From Candidatus Cloacimonadota bacterium (lineage in GTDB: Bacteria; Cloacimonadota; Cloacimonadia; Cloacimonadales; WRIO01), in contig JAKQQL010000040.1 of the NCBI GenBank assembly GCA_029564175.1, forward strand, positions 1-18,208: DNA of 18,208 nt, read 5' to 3'. The notes below the pieces were generated by a model. The model was given only the letters and a program-made list of their open reading frames with translations. It was not told the DNA's origin and made no database searches. How positions within the stretch are numbered: the stretch's first letter is position 1; the number at the start of each line of letters is the position of its first letter. Made by a program: the position numbers and the translations under genes. Of the stretch, positions 9,119-16,445 are shown one piece after another.

Positions 9119-11932
9119 ATGAAAAAGTTCAGATTTATATATATCATGTTGATTATCCTGTTGTTTTCCTGTTCTTCCGACCGAAAATGGACTAATCCCT
9201 GTGATCCGAACGGGCAGGCGGGACTTACACTTAGCCCTTCCAATCTGCTGATTGAATCTCTTGATTATCAGCGTATTCAACTAACCTGGACAGATAACTC
9301 CAGGTCAGAAACCGCCTTTCAAATTTCCAGAAAAACTGGGGATGGGGAATGGCAGGAGAATCTGATTCAGCTTTCTGCCAATGTAATGACTTATACCGAT
9401 ACGGTTTCAGCAGTTAATGTGAACTATGCCTATAGAGTCAGAGCGGTCTTTGACGAGGTATTTTCCGCTCCTTTGGAAAAAATATTTTATCATCGCTACG
9501 ACCTCAGTCAACCGGATTCATTGCAAGCTATTTTGACTTCTGCAAACAGTCTCAAACTTAGCTGGAAGGATAGCAACCCCTGTGAAGAAGGCTTTTTCCT
9601 TGATAAAAAGACAGATGAGGGTGTATGGACTGAAAAGTATGCTCAGGTGAATACAAATATCCTGACTTATATCGACTCAGAAATTAACTGGGGGCATACT
9701 TATCAGTATCGTATATATGCATTTGCCGGTGATACCCTTTCTGCCAAAACGGCTGTTCTTTATGAACACCGTTTAACTGCTCCGCAAAATCTGACAATCG
9801 AAGTATTAAGCGAGACGCATTTGAAACTCAACTGGACAAATCAAAATCCGGAAACGGATGGTTTTCGGATTGCAAGAAAGACAGATGATGGAGAGTGGAA
9901 TGAAAACTATGCACAGATCGATTTATCTAAACGTAAGAAAACAAAGAATCTGAAAACCAATACGCAATATACCTGGCAGGATGAAAATGCTGAAATTAAT
10001 CATCATTATTACTATAAAGTGACTGCTTTTTGCAATGAATCCAACTCTCAGCCGGCTTTGAATGATATTTCATTTTTCATAAACCCCGTAACCGATTTGA
10101 CGCTCAGTATCCAATCTGCCAACACAGTCAAATTGCAATGGACTGATCAGAATGCTTTTGAAGAGGCATTTGTTATTCACAGGAAAGTCAACAATGAGGC
10201 ATGGCAGATGAATTATGCAATGGTTACTCATGATACGACGTATTATGATGATCATCAGACGATTTTAGGCAATCAATATACCTATCAGGTTCAGGCAAAA
10301 CTGGGTAATGCCTTATCTAATCCAACCAGTGCATTTTTAATGCATCAGATCAGTCTGACTGCACCCTACAATCTGACTGCTTTACCTTTGACCTATAACA
10401 GTGTCCGCCTGCAATGGCAGGATGATAACCAAATGGAAACAGGCTTCCGCGTGGCTCGCAAAGTGGGTGAAGATAATTGGGAAGACTCTTATATTACTTT
10501 ACCGGCAAATACCAGTCAATGGGTTGACAGCAATGCCCCTGCTGGTAATACCTATAGTTACAGACTTATTGCACTTGCCGATTCAGCTCAATCTCAGTTT
10601 ACAGAGATTACTTATCATTTTCAGCTGAATACCCCTGATGAGCTGAATATGAATCCCCAATCTATGACAAGCATAAAGTTAACATGGAAAGATACCAACC
10701 AATATGAACAGGGTTATGTGATATCACGTAAAGCAGGGGATGATCCCTGGGAATACGATATTGCCTTTGTGCCAGCAAACAGTACAGAGTGGACAGATTC
10801 AACTGCACCTCATGGTGACGATTATACTTATTCTGTTTGTGCTTATTCTCAGGATAACCGATCTGCTGAATTAACAAAAACTTTTCATTTTGCTTTATCG
10901 GCTCCTATGTTTACTACCTATGAGATTCCTTCTGTAAACGCTTTCAAAATCAATTGGATTTGTTCAAATACCTTTGGAAATACGGTCATTTCACGAAGAG
11001 TGGATTATGGAGAATGGGATTATCATTATGCAGAGTTAGATTACAACGTTTATGAATTTACCGATACCTATGAAGATATTAATCATGTCTATTCTTACAA
11101 AATAAGTGCTAAATATATGACTGTAGAGGCTGCAGATTATTATAGTATTAAATATCATTTGCCTGATTTTTCGAGTGCAGTGTTTACCTCATTTTCAATG
11201 GGTAGCAATTCTTTTGCAAATACCCAGCCGATCCATAATGTCTCATTAGACAACTATTTTGTTGGCAGATTTGAAGTAACACAAGGTCAATGGCAGGCTG
11301 TTATGGGTACAAATCCAGCCAGTGGACATGGTGTTGGCGAAAACTATCCGGTTTATAATGTTTCCTGGTATGATGCCCTGGTCTATTGCAATAAACTGAG
11401 TATTCAAAAAGGATTAACCCCCTGTTACAGTAAAAACGGTATTACAAATCCGGAGAACTGGGGAAATATACCTGATAGTTTAGATGCAGACTGGAATAGT
11501 ATTAGCTTAAATACCAGTGCAGATGGTTATCGTCTGCCAACTGAAGCCGAATGGGAAGGGGTCAGCCGTTATGGTGCTATGAACATGGCTTATTCCGGCT
11601 CAAACACCCTTGGAGATGTGGGATGGTATGTTAATAATTCCAGTGGAACTACGCATTTAAAGGGTCAAAAACAGGCGAATATCAGTAAAATTCATGACAT
11701 GACAGGTAATGTCTTTGAATGGTGTTGGGACTGGTATGGTGCTTATGATGCGGGTTCATCCACAAATCCGCTTGGTGCAGATACTGGTACGCAACGAATA
11801 GTCAGAGGAGGCAGTTATTCAAGTGATACTGAGCCTTGTATGAATGTTTACAGAAGTCAGTTTTCACCAGAAATTCGTCAGTCAAATATCGGTCTGCGTT
11901 TGGTGAGAAAAAATCAATTTCCATTGTTTTAA
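9119..11932 (+). CDS. Lipoprotein with ~6 fibronectin type III repeats and a C-terminal FGE-sulfatase (SUMF1/C-type lectin fold) domain
   Basis: Lipobox LLFSC; repeated 'L.W.D....E.GF.I.RK...G.W....Y.D....Y.Y.V.A'; C-terminal 'FEVTQ', 'PV.NVSWYDA..YCN', 'YRLPTEAEWE', 'DMTGNVFEWCWDWY', 'RGGS', 'IGLRLVR'. Confidence 0.92.
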   Translation: MKKFRFIYIMLIILLFSCSSDRKWTNPCDPNGQAGLTLSPSNLLIESLDYQRIQLTWTDNSRSETAFQISRKTGDGEWQENLIQLSANVMTYTDTVSAVNVNYAYRVRAVFDEVFSAPLEKIFYHRYDLSQPDSLQAILTSANSLKLSWKDSNPCEEGFFLDKKTDEGVWTEKYAQVNTNILTYIDSEINWGHTYQYRIYAFAGDTLSAKTAVLYEHRLTAPQNLTIEVLSETHLKLNWTNQNPETDGFRIARKTDDGEWNENYAQIDLSKRKKTKNLKTNTQYTWQDENAEINHHYYYKVTAFCNESNSQPALNDISFFINPVTDLTLSIQSANTVKLQWTDQNAFEEAFVIHRKVNNEAWQMNYAMVTHDTTYYDDHQTILGNQYTYQVQAKLGNALSNPTSAFLMHQISLTAPYNLTALPLTYNSVRLQWQDDNQMETGFRVARKVGEDNWEDSYITLPANTSQWVDSNAPAGNTYSYRLIALADSAQSQFTEITYHFQLNTPDELNMNPQSMTSIKLTWKDTNQYEQGYVISRKAGDDPWEYDIAFVPANSTEWTDSTAPHGDDYTYSVCAYSQDNRSAELTKTFHFALSAPMFTTYEIPSVNAFKINWICSNTFGNTVISRRVDYGEWDYHYAELDYNVYEFTDTYEDINHVYSYKISAKYMTVEAADYYSIKYHLPDFSSAVFTSFSMGSNSFANTQPIHNVSLDNYFVGRFEVTQGQWQAVMGTNPASGHGVGENYPVYNVSWYDALVYCNKLSIQKGLTPCYSKNGITNPENWGNIPDSLDADWNSISLNTSADGYRLPTEAEWEGVSRYGAMNMAYSGSNTLGDVGWYVNNSSGTTHLKGQKQANISKIHDMTGNVFEWCWDWYGAYDAGSSTNPLGADTGTQRIVRGGSYSSDTEPCMNVYRSQFSPEIRQSNIGLRLVRKNQFPLF

Positions 11933-11947
11933 TAAAAGGAGTTAATC

Positions 11948-12871
11948 ATGAAATCATATATCAGAATTAGTGAAGAAGTCAAATTTGCTCTAAAGAATAA
12001 TCTGCCACTGGTGGCGCTGGAATCGACCATTATTTCACATGGAATGCCCTATCCGGAAAATGTGCAGACTGCCTGTGAAGTGGAAGATATGATACGAAGT
12101 AATGGCGCAATTCCGGCAACGATTGCGATCATAGAGGGTGAAATCATCATCGGTTTGAGCAGAGAACAGATGGAATTTTTTGCCAAAAGTAAAAATATTT
12201 ATAAAGCCAGCCGTATGGACTTGCCTTACATCATCAGTAAAAAACAAAATGCTTCTACTACAGTGGCTGCAACCATGATTTGTGCACAGATGGCAGGTAT
12301 TAAAGTGTTCGTAACCGGTGGAATTGGTGGTGTACATAAAGGGGCAGAAAACACCTTTGATATCTCAGCAGATTTACAGGAACTGGCAATGACTGATGTG
12401 GCAGTCGTTTGTGCCGGTGCCAAAGCCATTCTGGATCTGGATAAAACGATGGAATATCTGGAAACACTTGGTGTGCTGGTTTTGGGTTATCAAACAGATT
12501 ATCTGCCGGCATTTTATTCCAGAGAAAGCCATATCAAACTGCTATACAGGGCAGACTCTCCGGATGAAATCGCTTCTGTGATCAATACTAAGTCCGAGAT
12601 GAATCTTAAAGGAGCTGTGTTGATTACCAATCCCATCCCTGAAGAATATTCTATCCCTTATGATGTAATGAAAGCGGTTATCGACCAGGCAATCGCTCAG
12701 GCAGATCAGATGAATATCAAAGGCAAAGAACTCACCCCCTTCCTGCTCGATACCATTCAGAAAATGACCGACAAGAAGAGCCTCAATGCCAATATCGCTC
12801 TGATTCGTAACAATGCCAGACTTGGCGCTCAGATAGCATGTAGTCTGATGGCTTTTAATAAGAACGATTAA
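11948..12871 (+). CDS. psuG: Pseudouridine-5'-phosphate glycosidase
   Basis: 'VALESTIISHGMPYPEN', 'TTVAATM', 'VFVTGGIGGVH', 'DISADLQELA', 'GAKAILD', 'GKELTPFLL'. Confidence 0.97.
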   Translation: MKSYIRISEEVKFALKNNLPLVALESTIISHGMPYPENVQTACEVEDMIRSNGAIPATIAIIEGEIIIGLSREQMEFFAKSKNIYKASRMDLPYIISKKQNASTTVAATMICAQMAGIKVFVTGGIGGVHKGAENTFDISADLQELAMTDVAVVCAGAKAILDLDKTMEYLETLGVLVLGYQTDYLPAFYSRESHIKLLYRADSPDEIASVINTKSEMNLKGAVLITNPIPEEYSIPYDVMKAVIDQAIAQADQMNIKGKELTPFLLDTIQKMTDKKSLNANIALIRNNARLGAQIACSLMAFNKND

Positions 12872-12981
12872 TATTTTTGATACGGATAACGCTGATTTTG
12901 AGAATTTAGGGTCTTAAACAAACACCTGAATAAGGAATTTTTACTTCTCAAATAAGAGGAAAAATGATTCCCTCTTGTGGA

Positions 12982-13252
12982 GAGTCTGTGAAAAAATAGA
13001 TTAATAATTCTGTCGCATCTACGATGCTAAACAGTGTATATCATTGCTATCAGGCGCTTACGAGTCTGTGCAAAAATGAGAGTTCCGAAGGAACGAAAGA
13101 ATCCTAGCCCAGGGTGAAACCCTGGTAAAATATTCAGTTACACATCAAGCACCGTAGGTGCGACCGAATAAAATCTACATTTTTGCACAGACTCTTACGC
13201 ACCGTGTTAATTATATATCGTTCCTCCGGAACTCTGGTTTTTGCACAAACTC
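12982..13252 (-). mobile_element. MITE copy 1 (outer; 134 bp once the nested copy and duplication are removed)
   Basis: Ends GAGTCTGTGAAAAAA and TTTTTGCACAAACTC; its reverse complement is colinear with the inner copy. Confidence 0.75.
13062..13194 (+). mobile_element. MITE copy 2 (inner, 133 bp) with perfect 17-bp TIRs and TTAC target duplication
   Basis: GAGTCTGTGCAAAAATG...CATTTTTGCACAGACTC; TTAC at 13058-13061 and 13195-13198. Confidence 0.85.
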
Positions 13253-13275
13253 TCTAAAGGAGGGGAATTAGTTTC

Positions 13276-13299
13276 CGTACTACGAGTATCCTGCTTGTA
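13276..13299 (+). repeat. Single degenerate CAAGC-family REP hairpin
   Basis: CGTACTACGAGTATCCTGCTTGTA matches the GTAC-TACAAGCA-TCC-TGCTTGTA variant. Confidence 0.6.
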
Positions 13300-13300
13300 A

Positions 13301-13435
13301 AAAAAGAATAGGCGCAAACAAGATGTATCTCAATACGAATGTGATGCCTGGCATAATGAAGATGCAAAACGGATTTTTTTCCACTTCGAAAATGAATGTT
13401 TAATCTTGGACAAACTGGATAAAGCCCTGCATTGA
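13301..13435 (+). pseudogene. Possible 5'-truncated gene remnant with a RelE-like C-terminus
   Basis: Open frame without a start codon: KKNRRKQDVSQYECDAWHNEDAKRIFFHFENECLILDKLDKALH*, followed by RBS-like GAGGTG. Confidence 0.3.
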
Positions 13436-13524
13436 GAGGTGATTAATCCGTAAAAAGGTATATTCTTAACTCTCTACTTATTCAAGACCAGAGCAACCGG
13501 CGAATGAATAAAATCTTACTATCG

Positions 13525-14598
13525 CTATACTTTCCCTACAGGAGACATATAAACTGTGAACTCATCTATTCCATCTAATCCGAGCAAATGATCAAATTCT
13601 TTTTGTTTGTATGCGCAAACTGCACAAGTTCCACAGCCTATTGCTTCACATGCGAGATAAAGATTTTGACACAGATGACCACAATCTAGCAGAATATCCT
13701 TTTTGCTGAGAAGTCCATATCGCCATTCTGTTCTGTATGGGATTGCTGACCATATAAATGAAACTGCAGACTCTCCGGAAAAGTTTTGATTTTGAGCAAA
13801 CTGAGTTAGTTTTGCAGAGAGATTTTCAACTTCATAGAGGAATAACAATTCATGAGTCAATGGCAGATAACGATATATTCCTGGCTTTAAGGAGCTGACT
13901 CTCTGAATTGCCAGATATGTTTCAAATGGATGTCTAGATCCACCAGAAGGTACCATTCTACGAGTTTGTTTTCTATCATTGAATACTTCTCTAACCCCTT
14001 GAGTTGCCCAAAGTAAAAAAGACAATTCGTCAAGACTTAAGTCTGTTTTAAGAAAATTCCTGTGACTGACTCTGTTTTTGATACATTCAAAAAGGTCATT
14101 TTGTTTTAAAATATGCTTTGAAACTTCTGGTAACCCGATTAAAACCGGATTTTCAGGTAATGATTTTTGAACTGGTGGAAAATCAATCCCAGCCATCTGA
14201 TCGCTGATAAAAAATGGCACTTCTTCTGATTTCAACCAATGACGATCCTCAATGATTTTAGCTCTCATATTTTCTGTTTGTATCTTCACTTTTTCAATTA
14301 TTTTGGGTAAAGTAACCTCAAAGATTTCTTCGATGACCTTTTCTGTGACTTCTAACTCGGTAATCTCAGGTTCTGATATAGAATCCAGTTCTTCTGTCAT
14401 CCAGGTCATATCTGTAAGAGAGGAAAAAAGTTTGATAATTAAAGTTTGCTCTTCATTTGCTAAACTTTTGATTTTCCGAATGATGTGTAGGCCTAAATCT
14501 TCCTGCTCAATAAAGACCAGATTAAAGAAATGAATCAATTCATATCTGGAAAATGATTTGATTCGTGTTATAAAACCTTTACCTGATTGACTCATCAT
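13525..14598 (-). CDS. SagB/ThcOx-family FMN nitroreductase-type dehydrogenase with an extra ~105-aa N-terminal domain
   Basis: 'SDQMAGIDFPPVQK', 'IKNRVSHRNF', 'LSLDELSFLLWATQG', 'RMVPSGGSRHPFETY', 'YRTEWRYG', 'LDCGHLCQNLYLACEAIGCGTCAV'. Confidence 0.9.
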   Translation of the reverse strand: MMSQSGKGFITRIKSFSRYELIHFFNLVFIEQEDLGLHIIRKIKSLANEEQTLIIKLFSSLTDMTWMTEELDSISEPEITELEVTEKVIEEIFEVTLPKIIEKVKIQTENMRAKIIEDRHWLKSEEVPFFISDQMAGIDFPPVQKSLPENPVLIGLPEVSKHILKQNDLFECIKNRVSHRNFLKTDLSLDELSFLLWATQGVREVFNDRKQTRRMVPSGGSRHPFETYLAIQRVSSLKPGIYRYLPLTHELLFLYEVENLSAKLTQFAQNQNFSGESAVSFIWSAIPYRTEWRYGLLSKKDILLDCGHLCQNLYLACEAIGCGTCAVCAYKQKEFDHLLGLDGIDEFTVYMSPVGKV

Positions 14599-14780
14599 AC
14601 ACTCCCTTTATAAAGATTAAGAGTAAAATCGTTTCTGAATGCCAACTTATTTCAACTCATATTCTTAAATAACAATAAATATGTCAACACATAATTTTTT
14701 CGTAACTACTCAGGTACTTGTTTACACAATAAATGTGTGTCTGTAATATGTCATTATTTGAAAAAATGTCAAAATGGTTT

Positions 14781-14823
14781 TTAGGGATGTGCTAAACGGA
14801 GCTTGCGTAGTGTCGTACATCCG
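14781..14823 (+). repeat. Second copy of the GTAG-type REP seen at 6359
   Basis: TTAG-GGATGTGC...GTACATCCG versus GTAG-GGGCGTGC...GTACGTCCG, with pair-preserving changes. Confidence 0.5.
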
Positions 14824-14880
14824 AAAAACAAAAAGGAAAAATACCCTGTTCCATGTATCATACAGGTATCCTAAGTGGAT

Positions 14881-14977
14881 TTACGGCGCTTGTTTTGTAA
14901 CACACTCTATACCAGACGGTTCCGCATCTGGCTACCACTCGGCAATTCCTACGGAATTTAGATTTTTGCACAGGCTC
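14881..14977 (-). mobile_element. MITE copy 3, truncated and diverged
   Basis: Minus strand GAGCCTGTGCAAAAATCTAAATTCCGTAGGAATT...TAGCCAGATGCGGAACCGTCTGG...GTTACAAAACAAGCGCCGTA; same hairpin order as copy 2. Confidence 0.65.
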
Positions 14978-14981
14978 TCTA

Positions 14982-15071
14982 ATGTTTGTGCAAAAACCAG
15001 AGTTCCAGAGGAACGAAAGAATCTTAGCCCGTGGTGAAACCACGGGGAAATAGTGAGTTACGGTTCAAGCA
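14982..15071 (+). mobile_element. MITE copy 4, head-to-head with copy 3 and truncated by array 2
   Basis: ATGTTTGTGCAAAAACCAGAGTTCCAGAGGAACGAAAGAATCTTAGCCCGTGGTGAAACCACGG...AGTTAC...TCAAGCA, colinear with copy 2. Confidence 0.8.
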
Positions 15072-15591
15072 TTGTGTCGCTTTTTCGCAAGCCGGACGTA
15101 GGGCAAGCCACCTGCTTGCCAAAAAAGATTTATATTCGCAAGCTGGTAGCTTGCGTTACAACTATATTCGTACTACAAGCATTGTGTAGCTATTTCGCAA
15201 CCCGGACGTAGGGCAAGCAACCTGCTTGCCAAAAAAGATTTATATTCGCAAGCTGGTAGCTTACGTTACAACTATATTCGTATTACAAGTATTGTGTAGC
15301 TATTTCGCAAACTGGACGTAGGGCAAGCAACCTGCTTGCCAAGAAAGATTCATATTCGCAAGCTGGACGTAGGGCAAGCAACCTGCTTGCCAAAAAAGAT
15401 TTATATTCGCAAGCTGGTAGCTTGCGTTACAACTATATTCGTACTACAAGCATTGTGTAGCTATTTCGCAAGCTGGACGTAGGGCAAGCAACCTGCTTGC
15501 CAAAAAAGATTTATATTCGCAAGCCGGACGTAGGGCAAGCAACCTGCTTGCCAAAAAAGATTCATATTCGCAAGCTGGTAGCTTACGTTAC
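15066..15591 (+). repeat. Modular tandem REP (BIME-like) array 2, order A-B-A-B-A-A-B-A-A-B(partial)
   Basis: 51-bp A modules at 15086, 15196, 15306, 15357, 15467, 15518; 59-bp B modules at 15137, 15247, 15408, with a partial one at 15569; reverse-complement homologue of array 1. Confidence 0.95.
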
Positions 15592-15777
15592 GGTAAGCCC
15601 CTTTCATTCCTCTTCACTTTCTACTCTCATGAGTCAAAAGCAGGTGTTAATGAAGCCCTGTACAGGAAGCAGGTAAGAGCTCACAAAACAGTTTTCTACA
15701 GGATAGATATGAGAATGATATGGGAAATATATTGCATTATAATGAAAAATGATTATTATATCAAGAGGAGAATAGTG

Positions 15778-16329
15778 ATGAAAGTGAATATGAAAGACAA
15801 ACAGCATGACTTTCCCAAGAAGATAGGGGATATGAACCTTGCCTGGTATCAGCAGGGACGGATCTGTGTGAGCAGAAAACAGACCCCGAGAACGCTTCAG
15901 AAACAGAATATGAGCATTATTCAAATCAACCAGATGACTAAAGCACTCTGGCAGACACTTCATCCGCATTTTAAAAAAGATTTGGCGTTTTATGCCCTGC
16001 AATACAAAAAAGACTATCCCGGTCTCAGAAAGAGAGGCATTTCTTCCTATGCTGTTTTTCTGATGATTGTCAATGCCCTGATTAAACGCTTTTCCATTGC
16101 TTACGAGAATCAGAAAAAATGTATGATAATTATTGAAACTCTTTTGTCAACACTATCAGTTAGACGATCTGTGCAGTTAAGACTGCTAAAACCGGTTAAA
16201 GCTTGTTACAAACTGATTCATTGTGCAGGACATTCTTCTGATGATAGCCCAACAGAATTCTGTGATATTATTACGCATGATTATGATCAAAAGCAGGGAT
16301 CATCTGTTCAGCATTCAGGGTTTATTTAG
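15778..16329 (+). CDS. Basic hypothetical protein
   Basis: The ORF is open from 15709, but RBS GAGGAG favours ATG 15778 (MKVNMKDK...KKIGD...GRICVSRK...LWQTL...SSYAVF). Confidence 0.7.
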   Translation: MKVNMKDKQHDFPKKIGDMNLAWYQQGRICVSRKQTPRTLQKQNMSIIQINQMTKALWQTLHPHFKKDLAFYALQYKKDYPGLRKRGISSYAVFLMIVNALIKRFSIAYENQKKCMIIIETLLSTLSVRRSVQLRLLKPVKACYKLIHCAGHSSDDSPTEFCDIITHDYDQKQGSSVQHSGFI

Positions 16330-16378
16330 TAAATTTATCCCGTCATTAAGCGCAATGAACCTATTTTTAGTTTGGGTG

Positions 16379-16409
16379 AAAAAGAAAAAGCGGAACCGAA
16401 GTTCCGCTT
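16379..16409 (-). terminator. Intrinsic terminator of the lamin-tail protein gene
   Basis: Minus strand AAGCGGAAC-TTCG-GTTCCGCTT (cUUCGg tetraloop) running into a T-rich tract. Confidence 0.85.
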
Positions 16410-16445
16410 AAATATGCTATTGCAAACATCGAGCTTGCAGATGAT

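Noticed and set aside
11700..11932. Diversity-generating retroelement variable region in the FGE-sulfatase C-terminus
   Set aside because: The fold is a known DGR target, but I found no template repeat, reverse transcriptase or downstream hairpin in the window. Several candidate variable codons end in A or G (TCA, GAG, CAG, GAA), unlike AAY-derived codons. A remote template cannot be fully excluded.
13525..14598. Thiazole/oxazole RiPP biosynthetic cluster
   Set aside because: No YcaO, E1-like protein, precursor peptide or transporter nearby; stand-alone SagB-like genes are common.
14774..15043. 87-aa and 61-aa ORFs
   Set aside because: They run across MITE copies 3 and 4 and have no RBS or recognisable motifs.
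15066..15591. CRISPR array (also considered for 6849-7223)
   Set aside because: The sequences between the palindromes are themselves repeated rather than unique spacers, and no cas genes are present.
15738..15762. Fur box upstream of the hypothetical gene
   Set aside because: Only about 10 of 14 positions match the 7-1-7 consensus in very AT-rich DNA.
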